Assembly: GCA_014729665.1 (NCBI GenBank)
Contig: WJJO01000314.1
Location: 1 to 36,409, forward strand
From: a candidate division WOR-3 bacterium
GTDB taxonomy: Bacteria; Hydrothermota; Tepidihabitantia; B3-TA06
Direction: 5' to 3'
Length of the DNA stretch: 36,409 nt
Shown: positions 25,698-33,737 of the stretch, piece after piece
Layout of the letters: every line of letters starts with the position of its first letter
Numbering within the stretch: the first letter of the stretch is position 1
Translations under genes and position numbers: made by a program
The notes under the pieces: model-generated
What the model saw: the letters and a program-made list of their open reading frames with translations, nothing else
Database searches by the model: none
What the model was told of the DNA's origin: nothing

Positions 25698-26999
25698 ATG
25701 AAAAACTCAGCGTCTTTGCTACAGATAACCTTGATGTTGTCGATACTTTTTGCCCCCGTCGCCTATGCCCAAAACAGTGGCGTAAAGGATGATGTTGGTT
25801 TCGCCTACCTTAAAAACCTGACCAATCTAAGGGAATTGAATCTCAGCTTTACGACCATATCCGACGCTGAGCTTTCCAATGTATCGGGGTTAACCAAACT
25901 CAGGGTACTGCGTCTGGACGGAACCGAGATCACGGACGCCGGTCTGGTTTACCTGAAGGGTCTTACTAACCTGAGCGAGCTTAATCTCAACGATACCAAG
26001 ATAACCGACGAAGGCCTTAGAGAGCTGGAACACCTCAAGAACCTCAGGCAGCTCAACCTCTCCTATACCGTAACTACCGATCTGGGGCTGGTTAACCTTA
26101 AAGGTCTTACAAACCTAATGGGGCTGGATCTTTCATACACCGCCGTGTCCGACGAAGGTCTTATCTACCTTGGGGATTTAACGAATCTTTCTAGGCTCAA
26201 TTTGTCATATACCGCACTTACCGATACAGGTATGAGGTATCTCGCCCGCTTCACTGAGTTAAGAAACCTGGAGCTGGCAGGTACCGGTGTTTCCAGTGCA
26301 GGGCTCCGGCACCTCGAGAACTTGAGCGGTCTGAGAGTACTGAACCTTTACGGTACCCGGATTGAAGACGAAGGTTTATACTATCTTACCGAACTCAAGG
26401 GCCTTACAGAACTTTATCTGGGGAAGACCGGTGTTACCGACAATGGCATAGATTATCTTGTTAAATTAACAATTCTGAGGGAACTCGATCTTGCAGACAC
26501 AGCTATCACCGACAAGGGCCTGAAGAAACTTGCCAAGCTTGAGAACCTTACCGGACTTTATCTTGCAAACACCGAAATCTCCGATAAAGGTGCCGGACAC
26601 ATAGCAGACCTTTGCCATCTTATCAGGTTAAACCTTGCGGGAACCGGGATAACCGATACCGGTTTAAGGGACCTTGCCGGGATGATAAAGCTTACCGAAC
26701 TCGATCTGGGAAGGACATCCATCTCAAACCCCGGTCTGCTTTACCTTTCAGGATTCGTCGAACTGCGCAAGTTATACCTGAACGGCACCGGTATAAGCGA
26801 TGCCGGATTGGTTCATCTCGGAAGCCTTGTTAACCTGACAGAACTCGATCTTTCGGGAACAAAAATCACAGACAAAGGCATCGGGAAGCTTAAGCCCTTA
26901 AGCGGTCTTCAATGGCTCATGCTCCAGGATACAGAGATCAGTGCCGATGGCGTGGAGGAGTTGCAGCAAGTCCTGCCGGGATGCAAGATTAAGCGTTAG
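25698..26999 (+). CDS. Exported leucine-rich-repeat (LRR) protein
   Basis: Start set at ATG 25698 (MKNSASLLQITLMLSILFAPVAYAQ), preceded by AAGGAGG. The body is 16 uninterrupted 24-residue LRRs of the form L..L..L.NL..L.L..T.ITD.G. Confidence 0.85.
   Translation: MKNSASLLQITLMLSILFAPVAYAQNSGVKDDVGFAYLKNLTNLRELNLSFTTISDAELSNVSGLTKLRVLRLDGTEITDAGLVYLKGLTNLSELNLNDTKITDEGLRELEHLKNLRQLNLSYTVTTDLGLVNLKGLTNLMGLDLSYTAVSDEGLIYLGDLTNLSRLNLSYTALTDTGMRYLARFTELRNLELAGTGVSSAGLRHLENLSGLRVLNLYGTRIEDEGLYYLTELKGLTELYLGKTGVTDNGIDYLVKLTILRELDLADTAITDKGLKKLAKLENLTGLYLANTEISDKGAGHIADLCHLIRLNLAGTGITDTGLRDLAGMIKLTELDLGRTSISNPGLLYLSGFVELRKLYLNGTGISDAGLVHLGSLVNLTELDLSGTKITDKGIGKLKPLSGLQWLMLQDTEISADGVEELQQVLPGCKIKR
25800..26951 (+). 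repeat. Coding tandem array: 16 x 72-nt (24-residue) LRR units with no indels
   Basis: Counted from the translation. The units run FAYLKNLTNLRELNLSFTTISDAE through IGKLKPLSGLQWLMLQDTEISADG, each exactly 24 residues. Confidence 0.85.
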
Positions 27000-27066
27000 T
27001 TTCCAGAACACTTACCAATCTGCAATACAATATTTCCCGATGTCTGAAAATATGTCCACTGAGGGA

Positions 27067-28086
27067 TTATTTACGATTGATATAGTCCAACAGATGGAAG
27101 AAACGCAGTTTCCTCCCAGCCTTGCGCTGGGCCTTCTTAATACGCAGGGGATCGTTTTTTCTTGCCCAGGCAAGTGTCTCTTCGTACTGCTCATGCTGTG
27201 TGCTGAAATCCAGCAGGGGGTACTGTTTGGATAGATTCGGCAGGTAAAGCCATGCACGGCGGGCGATGCGCGGGGCGATATCAACCTCGCACTCGAAGAG
27301 GTCATCGATCATGAACTCCATGGACAAAAGGATATTCAATAGAATCTGGGGTATCCGGTTTCTTCTTTCGGAGAATGCGGTTACCCCGACCATCGTCTCC
27401 TCACCGCGCATCCGGGATATCAGGTACAGGTCGGTGCATTTCTCGTGGAGCATTGCCTCCACAGGTATGCTGTCGCGCCCGACCCCTCCGTCGAAGTACT
27501 CGCAGTCAAGCCCCGGGATCATTACCGGCTTGAACGCAACAGGGATGGCGGTGGTTGCCATCAAAACGTCGAGAAGCGTCAGGTTACGTATACTTGCGTC
27601 CTCGTCGCGTGAAAATAGCCTGTGTGTTTTACCCGTATTCCTGTCAACCATAGAGATATAGGTAGGGAGATAGAGGCTTCCCAGGGTATCGAAACCCATC
27701 TTTTCCAAGGTTCCGGTGAGTAGTTCGCGCAGAGGAGCGGTATCCAGGATATAACCCTTGCGGATATTTTCTACTATTATCCTTCCTATGCCGAAGGGGG
27801 TTACGTCGAATATCTTCTTGTCGGTAAGACCGAACAGCAGGTTCCTGTAGTCCGACCAGTCAAAGCCCTCGCCTCGGGACGCCTTGCCGTCCTTGGTCTT
27901 GAGTATGGCGTTCAGGGCAACGGCGTTAAGCCCGCCCGAACTTGTCCCTGCCAGCACGTGCGGACGTATCTTCTTGCCCGAAGGAGTCAGACCTTCGACT
28001 AGCGCTTCTGTAAGCGCACACTCCTGGGCAATCCGTGCCGCGCCGCCCGAGAATACGAAACCTATCTTTCTCTTAAATAACGACAT
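27067..28086 (-). CDS. Patatin-like phospholipase
   Basis: 339 aa with the oxyanion motif FSGGAAR, the nucleophile elbow G-T-S-S-G (LAGTSSGGLNA) and the catalytic Asp motif YFDGGVG. Confidence 0.9.
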   Translation of the reverse strand: MSLFKRKIGFVFSGGAARIAQECALTEALVEGLTPSGKKIRPHVLAGTSSGGLNAVALNAILKTKDGKASRGEGFDWSDYRNLLFGLTDKKIFDVTPFGIGRIIVENIRKGYILDTAPLRELLTGTLEKMGFDTLGSLYLPTYISMVDRNTGKTHRLFSRDEDASIRNLTLLDVLMATTAIPVAFKPVMIPGLDCEYFDGGVGRDSIPVEAMLHEKCTDLYLISRMRGEETMVGVTAFSERRNRIPQILLNILLSMEFMIDDLFECEVDIAPRIARRAWLYLPNLSKQYPLLDFSTQHEQYEETLAWARKNDPLRIKKAQRKAGRKLRFFHLLDYINRK

Positions 28087-28117
28087 CTATCTCCCGACTG
28101 AATGGTTGTTTGCATAA

Positions 28118-28145
28118 ATTCTAGGTAGGGCAGGTGAGAAGTCAA
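28118..28145 (-). promoter_or_regulatory. Sigma70-type promoter, leadered (patatin-like gene)
   Basis: TTGACT-16 nt-TAGAAT. The leader of about 25 nt carries GGGAG before ATG 28086. Confidence 0.5.
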
Positions 28146-28164
28146 GGAAACGCAACATCAAACA

Positions 28165-28279
28165 CAGAGATCGCAGAGATGGAATATAAGTCCTCTGATT
28201 ACTCTGTTCGCTCTGGGTTTCAAGTCTCTGCCTTGTGTGGTATGCGGACTGAAGTTCGTGGCTGTTTGTGATCTTTGTG
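28165..28279. promoter_or_regulatory. Cluster of 9-bp-phased pentamer and hexamer repeats in a divergent intergenic region
   Basis: CAGAG occurs at 28165 and 28174. Its complement CTCTG occurs at 28193, 28202, 28211 and 28226. TTTGTG occurs at 28265 and 28274. All lie between the patatin promoter and the membrane-pair promoter. Confidence 0.3.
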
Positions 28280-28295
28280 GTGAATATTATCCCGG

Positions 28296-28323
28296 TTGAC
28301 TTTAACTTCCAGCCCCCTATCCT
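28296..28323 (+). promoter_or_regulatory. Sigma70-type promoter, leaderless class (membrane-protein pair)
   Basis: TTGACT-16 nt-TATCCT, then 6 nt (tccaac) to ATG 28330. Confidence 0.45.
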
Positions 28324-28329
28324 TCCAAC

Positions 28330-28677
28330 ATGCGCCGGGTTGCAGTCATTCTGCTCATCATGTGTATCGGAGCCGCGTTTACCGCCCTGGTTTTTGCGGC
28401 GCTGATAATCGTTGTTCGTCTGAAACCTGGAATCGGCAAATTATTCCCCTTCCTCGACCCCGAAAGGCTCAAACGGTCGCATAGGGGCTGGTTGTGGAGC
28501 TTTATCCCCCTTGGTACCGCACTCGCGGCAGGTGTAGTACTCCTGATAATCCATAATAGTCCCTTGATGTTCCTCGGCGGCCTCCTACTGATATGTATCC
28601 CTGCTGCAGGCGTCCTGGGAGTTCTGTTCCTCGGTCAACTTGCGCGGAGTGTGAGTCAGGCAGGAGGTAACAAGTGA
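28330..28677 (+). CDS. Small integral membrane protein (3 predicted TM segments)
   Basis: 115 aa and hydrophobic. The ATG lies 6 nt after a -10 hexamer. No recognisable family. Confidence 0.5.
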   Translation: MRRVAVILLIMCIGAAFTALVFAALIIVVRLKPGIGKLFPFLDPERLKRSHRGWLWSFIPLGTALAAGVVLLIIHNSPLMFLGGLLLICIPAAGVLGVLFLGQLARSVSQAGGNK

Positions 28678-28949
28678 TACTGCCGATACTTCTGCCTTTT
28701 TTGATTGCCGTGGGTGCGGTAGCCTTGTTCAGCGTATTTGCATGGCTGGCTACAAGGTATCGGGTGCAGAAGAACTCGCGTCTTCTCATGTGGCCCGGGA
28801 TTATCCTCTTTCTCGGCGGATGCTACCTGTTTGGCGTGACGGTCTCACGCCTGTCTCTGGGCTGGATAATAGGGGCGACAGGATTCTTTACCGTTCTTTT
28901 TGGCCTGACAGCGGCTTACTTCGTACGCAAGGGCAGGGAGAAGGGTTAG
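28674..28949 (+). CDS. Small integral membrane protein (3 predicted TM segments)
   Basis: 91 aa. Its GTG start overlaps the TGA of the preceding ORF (GTGA), which suggests translational coupling. No recognisable family. Confidence 0.45.
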   Translation: MILPILLPFLIAVGAVALFSVFAWLATRYRVQKNSRLLMWPGIILFLGGCYLFGVTVSRLSLGWIIGATGFFTVLFGLTAAYFVRKGREKG

Positions 28950-29049
28950 GGATCGGCTGATTTTGTTCAATACCCCAAGCTGGCATCCAGTCTGACGATT
29001 TCTGCGGGTTTTATCTCTATCCCGGCATACCTTACTGACTCATAACCGA

Positions 29050-29130
29050 TTAAATCATGCCGGTAAGGGTACAGGTAAGGGAGAAGGAAGTAAAAAGGCT
29101 GGTGTTTAACAGCAGCATGCTTGTAATCAT
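29050..29130 (-). CDS. Candidate 26-aa micro-ORF (MITSMLLLNTSLFTSFSLTCTLTGMI)
   Basis: Absent from the track. AAGGAGG with a 5-nt spacer lies immediately after the TAA of the upstream receptor-like gene. The product is hydrophobic and Ser/Thr-rich. There is no homology evidence. Confidence 0.2.
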   Translation of the reverse strand: MITSMLLLNTSLFTSFSLTCTLTGMI

Positions 29131-29145
29131 CTTTACCTCCTTTAC

Positions 29146-31383
29146 TTAGAAATCTCCCCACAGGGAGACCTCGAACGTACGACCCGGCTGTCCGTAGTAG
29201 TCCTTTACCAGGGACAGATGGCTGCGATAATCGACGTTCAGGATGTTATTAACCGAGATCTGAAGATTCAAGTAATACTTGTAGTCAAAGAACTTCCCGA
29301 GATTTAACCCGGCGTCGGCGTCGAACGTAACATAACCCGGGGTCTTGGTTTCGGATGCCGCCACCCTTTCCTGACCCGCAGCCCAGTTCATCTGAATGCC
29401 GGCGGAGACAAATCCATCGTAATAATCTGCAGTTACGTATCCGTTCAAGGGCGGAACTGATGCAAACGGTTCACCACTGGTCATATCCTCTGCGTGCACG
29501 TAAGACGAGCTGGAATAGATAGATACCCCTGGTGCAGGTCTCAGGGAAACGCTTATACCCCCGCCCATGAAACGTGCACGCTCGATATTCACCCAGGTCT
29601 CTACAGGCAGGCCCCGCTCGAATCCCGATGTAGGCTGTTTACAGATGTAGTTATGCACGAGCTTGCCGAACCCGGATACGCTTGCGGAATAATTGTGCGA
29701 CTCGTCGTGTGCTCCCAGACCTAAATTTCCATTAAAGCTCTGCTCAGGCTCCAGCCCGGGATTCCCCATATCGAAGGTGCCCGGGCCTTCACCCCTGGTG
29801 TAGCGCTCGAGCACGGTAGGCGCTCGGAAGATGGTGGACAGTTCTGTATGGAGGTCAAGCCACCAGAGGATCGGAAGCTCATAGTCGATGTAGGCGCTCA
29901 ACCCTCCGTCCATACTGCTCGAGGTGTCTCCTGGATAACTGGGCGTCGCAGAATAACCCGACGATGAAAGATCGTATCTCAATCCTCCTCTCAGACTGCT
30001 ACGGTTGTCAAAGAAAGAGGCGTATTCCGTGAATGCTCCGATATCTGTCTTTACCGCGTCCGGCAGAACCCTGTCCAGGGACAACTCCCGGCTCAGGGAG
30101 TCTTCGGTAAGGAAGTATTGACGCCGTGAGGAGACGTTAGCATGAAGCCCGCTTGCTCCAAACTTGAGATAGTTGTTATCGCCCGTCTGGAGAGCGGAGT
30201 AGACAGACGCGAAGTAACCGCTGTTTCGGGTTGAGTTTTTAGAATCGAGCTCAAATCTCGTGTCTTCGATATAGGGCCTTGCGGTATGGAATGCACCGGA
30301 GTAATGCTGGTATCCAACAACCACTTGGATAGAATTGGGCGTATATACCTCATATCCGGAGTATTTACTGGACCTTGACCTGTAAGTATATCTGCCAATC
30401 ACAAGGGGTATCGACCCGGAAACCAGGAGAAGGTGTCTTTGCTGGTCTTCGAGTGCGCTGTATCGGGTCAGGGTATCTGCAGGAACCCCCAAGTCGGCCT
30501 GATAGAACTGGTATCTCAAACCAACCCCGAGCATGCTGTACCTGCGCGAATAAAGCCAGGCATTTCCACCCAGGCTGAAGCCATTATAATCCGAGTTAGG
30601 TATCTCCGAATTGGCATCTCGTATATTCCCGGACCTTTTATAGGAACCGAAGACAGCAAGGTTTTTCGTTGTTGTATATTGATTTTTATCGGCGAGCCTT
30701 GCAGCCATCTTGGTCCTGAAAGAGTTCCCTTGCGATTCGTAGGAAGCCGTCCCCAGGACGTTGAATAAAGTCTCGCTGTAAGAGAATCTTACATCGGGGC
30801 AATCGATGTCTACCGATGAGTTTGTCGGTCCGGCAAACCACAGGTTTTCGTTGAATGTTGAAGTCTGTATTTTCAATCCCGTATTTTCGGTCTGCAACAA
30901 GGGGGCGTAATGTCCCAGAGGGTAGGATGGGATAACGGGCATATCCTCCCAGAAAACACCCGTGTGCATGGGTACGGTTCCCCGTGCCGAAGGAAGGGTA
31001 AAGAACCTTCCTGATGTGTTGTAATCCAACACACCCAAAAAGATGGCAGGCAGTATTATATCAGATAGGCCTGAAACACTCAAAAGAACATTCACCCTTG
31101 TTTTCTCCCCCTGCCGGACAGATACCTCGATACGTTCAGTCTCGTAATTGGCTTTAGAGAATTCAATCTCGTAGTCTCCGCAGGGAAAATCCTCGATTTT
31201 ATACCTGCCTCGTTTATTTGTAAAGACCTCGATTAAGGGAACGGTATCTATGTAAAGGGCAACCTTCGCTCCCTGGATGGGTTTTCTGGAATCATTATCC
31301 TTGACTCGTCCGGTTATCACGCCGGTTCCTGCAGATACGCTCAGCGGTAAGACAAGGGATAGCACTAACAGTAATCTAGGCAT
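29146..31383 (-). CDS. TonB-dependent-receptor-like outer-membrane barrel with an N-terminal CarboxypepD_reg-like domain
   Basis: 745 aa with a signal peptide, then GVITGRVKDNDSRKPIQGAKVALY (carboxypeptidase-regulatory-like fold). The C-terminal YGQPGRTFEVSLWGDF ends in the Phe typical of TBDR barrels. The plug region is not clearly recognisable. Confidence 0.6.
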   Translation of the reverse strand: MPRLLLVLSLVLPLSVSAGTGVITGRVKDNDSRKPIQGAKVALYIDTVPLIEVFTNKRGRYKIEDFPCGDYEIEFSKANYETERIEVSVRQGEKTRVNVLLSVSGLSDIILPAIFLGVLDYNTSGRFFTLPSARGTVPMHTGVFWEDMPVIPSYPLGHYAPLLQTENTGLKIQTSTFNENLWFAGPTNSSVDIDCPDVRFSYSETLFNVLGTASYESQGNSFRTKMAARLADKNQYTTTKNLAVFGSYKRSGNIRDANSEIPNSDYNGFSLGGNAWLYSRRYSMLGVGLRYQFYQADLGVPADTLTRYSALEDQQRHLLLVSGSIPLVIGRYTYRSRSSKYSGYEVYTPNSIQVVVGYQHYSGAFHTARPYIEDTRFELDSKNSTRNSGYFASVYSALQTGDNNYLKFGASGLHANVSSRRQYFLTEDSLSRELSLDRVLPDAVKTDIGAFTEYASFFDNRSSLRGGLRYDLSSSGYSATPSYPGDTSSSMDGGLSAYIDYELPILWWLDLHTELSTIFRAPTVLERYTRGEGPGTFDMGNPGLEPEQSFNGNLGLGAHDESHNYSASVSGFGKLVHNYICKQPTSGFERGLPVETWVNIERARFMGGGISVSLRPAPGVSIYSSSSYVHAEDMTSGEPFASVPPLNGYVTADYYDGFVSAGIQMNWAAGQERVAASETKTPGYVTFDADAGLNLGKFFDYKYYLNLQISVNNILNVDYRSHLSLVKDYYGQPGRTFEVSLWGDF

Positions 31384-31392
31384 AATGGCCTC

Positions 31393-33615
31393 CTAGAATC
31401 CGGCACTCATTGACGCGCCGAACGAGCGGCCCGGCTGGCCGTAGTAGTCCTTTGTCCAGGATAAGTGATCCTGGTAGTAGGTGTTGCAGATATTATTCAC
31501 GCTCAGGCTCATCTCGAGGGGAAACCTTGTCCATTTATAGAAGTTCAGCTCGAGGCTTGCGTTAAAGACATGATGAGCCGGTGTTTCGGTCTCGTATGCA
31601 CCCAGACGATCCTGCTCAGCGGCCCATTCCATCCACACGTTGACATCCAGGAAGAAGTTGTAGTACCGCAGGGTTACGTCGCCTTTGAGAGGTGGGATAC
31701 AGCCGAGAGGCGTACCAGTACTCACATCATCGGCCTGCTGATAGTATACATTGGATATGATACCTAATCCCCTTATGGGGTAAAATAACGGATAGAAAGA
31801 TAATGTCGCCTCGCCACCCATTACCCGGGCGTCTGAAACGTTGCGCCAGGTAACCTGGGGCAGGCCATAATCGTGCACCCCTGTCCTTTCGGAGTAGATG
31901 TAATCATTTATAATATTTACGAAACCGGACATACTCCAGTACAGGTGAAACCACCGCTCCTGGTCCGGTATTATAACCTGGTTTATACCTGCAGAAAGCT
32001 TGAGGGATTTCTCGGGCTCGAGTTCGGGGTTCCCAAGAAATGAAGTGTTTAAGTACGGACCGATCCCGCAGCGTTCGGTAATCGACGGAGCGCGGAACTG
32101 TCTTTCGGCAAAAACCGGGATACTCAACGTCCACGGCTGTATAATCACACCGAGCTGTCCATCCCACGATCCGTTCACGTGGTCTTCTAGCTCGAACGGG
32201 GAACGTGCGGTATCCGGCAGGTCCGTTTTAACCGACTTATAGCCTGCACCGGCAAGGAAGGCGACGGGCTTTGGTGGACGGGCGTATCGGTATCGTATCT
32301 CCCCTGTATTCTCATCGATCCCGGTTTCTTCAACCTGAATCGGATGCTCGGGGAAGGCGAATTGAATCACTCCTTCGAAGGTGGTTTGTCTGGAGTCCGG
32401 GTACGGCAGGTAGGAGTCCATCTCGCGAGTGGTGGCAGTATCGTTAATGAACGATGCGCGATTAGAAGAGGCTGTGATCAGCTCGCAGTTCAGGTCAACG
32501 CGAAAGGCCCCGCCTCGAAGGAAACGGCCATATCCATCGATATCGATTTCGGGTATGAGCGAGACTGTGTAAATGTCGAACAAGGTTTGATTATTCAGCT
32601 CGTATTCACCTGAGCCTGTGCTATCCGGATAGATAAGATGGAAATCACGGTTCACCCGATTCCAGTCGAATCTCAGTTCGATATCGAGGTTATCGGGCCG
32701 CATCGGGCGGCGCGGACGCAGGTGGTTGGAAACGCTCAGGTTATGCCGATTGTTCTTCTCCAATCGGCTCAGGCTGACCTCAGGGGGGGCAATAATGGCG
32801 CTGTCTGAGGCGGAAAAGGTATAGAACATGTAGCCCCAGTAGGGGAAACCGGGCTTATAAAAATGGGGATGAAAGTCTATCAGCCCGCGATTAAACCCGG
32901 AGTTGGGAATCACCTTTTCGGCATCACGGATGTTGGCTCTTCCCCCGAACCATAAGTCTGTTGTAAGACTGCTACTTCGTCTGCGGTATTCAAGGTTGCC
33001 GAAACCTCTGTAAAGGTTCTCCTGTGTCTGGTAGCCCGCATCGCAAGCTCCCGAGAGACCGTCTTTCCTGGGGGTAAAATTCAGGGGTGCATCCTTGAAA
33101 TCGGGGTGGACGTAAAACCTCGGCGCTGTCTTGATACCGTGCCACATAGTGTAGACGACGTGTACAATAGACTCGCTGGGTCTGCAGGCCTCGTCGGCTA
33201 CAGGGTCTTTGGCGTTAATTCTTTCGGTTGGAAGCCCAAGTTCGTGCGCGGGATTTTGTCCGGTCGAATCATCTGCTTCAATTGGAGTATCTTTACTCAA
33301 CACCGCATCCATCTGAATTATCCTGTCAACCTCGATTAAAGCAGAAACAGCGAATGTTCTATACCCATCAGTTGAAAACTGAACTGCGTATCCACCCGGA
33401 GGTATATCTGATATTGCGTACTCTCCGTTCTGATTAGTATGCGTAGAATAATCGGTTTCTTGACCGTGTCTTAAAAGGATCACGAGTACCCCCTCGCAGC
33501 CCCCACCTGTTGCGGCATCGGTTACTGTTCCCCTCAGCATGCCGGTAACCCCTGCCGAGACAACTACCGGGATAAGGCTTAAGGAGAAAACCAGAAAAGT
33601 TATTAATCTTCGCAT
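31393..33615 (-). CDS. TonB-dependent-receptor-like outer-membrane barrel with an N-terminal CarboxypepD_reg-like domain (paralogue of 29146..31383)
   Basis: Start set at ATG 33615 (MRRLITFLVFSLSLIPVVVSAG), preceded by GAGGAGG. It contains GMLRGTVTDAATGGGCEGVLVIL and the C-terminal YGQPGRSFGASMSAGF. Confidence 0.6.
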   Translation of the reverse strand: MRRLITFLVFSLSLIPVVVSAGVTGMLRGTVTDAATGGGCEGVLVILLRHGQETDYSTHTNQNGEYAISDIPPGGYAVQFSTDGYRTFAVSALIEVDRIIQMDAVLSKDTPIEADDSTGQNPAHELGLPTERINAKDPVADEACRPSESIVHVVYTMWHGIKTAPRFYVHPDFKDAPLNFTPRKDGLSGACDAGYQTQENLYRGFGNLEYRRRSSSLTTDLWFGGRANIRDAEKVIPNSGFNRGLIDFHPHFYKPGFPYWGYMFYTFSASDSAIIAPPEVSLSRLEKNNRHNLSVSNHLRPRRPMRPDNLDIELRFDWNRVNRDFHLIYPDSTGSGEYELNNQTLFDIYTVSLIPEIDIDGYGRFLRGGAFRVDLNCELITASSNRASFINDTATTREMDSYLPYPDSRQTTFEGVIQFAFPEHPIQVEETGIDENTGEIRYRYARPPKPVAFLAGAGYKSVKTDLPDTARSPFELEDHVNGSWDGQLGVIIQPWTLSIPVFAERQFRAPSITERCGIGPYLNTSFLGNPELEPEKSLKLSAGINQVIIPDQERWFHLYWSMSGFVNIINDYIYSERTGVHDYGLPQVTWRNVSDARVMGGEATLSFYPLFYPIRGLGIISNVYYQQADDVSTGTPLGCIPPLKGDVTLRYYNFFLDVNVWMEWAAEQDRLGAYETETPAHHVFNASLELNFYKWTRFPLEMSLSVNNICNTYYQDHLSWTKDYYGQPGRSFGASMSAGF

Positions 33616-33652
33616 CCTAACCTCCTCGGTTAAAGACCGGACCACGCATATT

Positions 33653-33680
33653 ATTGTAGTCTAATGTTCACCAATGTCAA
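33653..33680 (-). promoter_or_regulatory. Sigma70-type promoter, leadered (tandem receptor-like genes)
   Basis: TTGACA-16 nt-TACAAT. GAGGAGG lies 5 nt before ATG 33615. Confidence 0.5.
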
Positions 33681-33737
33681 GGTTAAGGCTCTTTCTCACA
33701 AAAATCCAGGTATTTCCTCGGCATTCCGGAAATTCCC

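Noticed and set aside
25800-26951. A regular 72-nt periodicity that could superficially suggest a CRISPR-like or satellite array.
   Set aside because: The periodicity is at the protein level, within one continuous ORF. The units are diverged at the DNA level, and there are no conserved direct repeats alternating with unique spacers. It is an LRR coding array.
28967-29161. A 64-aa minus-strand track ORF overlapping the end of the receptor-like gene.
   Set aside because: There is no SD, the start lies inside the upstream gene, and the composition is odd. The 26-aa ORF in another frame at least has a strong SD, so it is the better, though still weak, candidate for this spacer.
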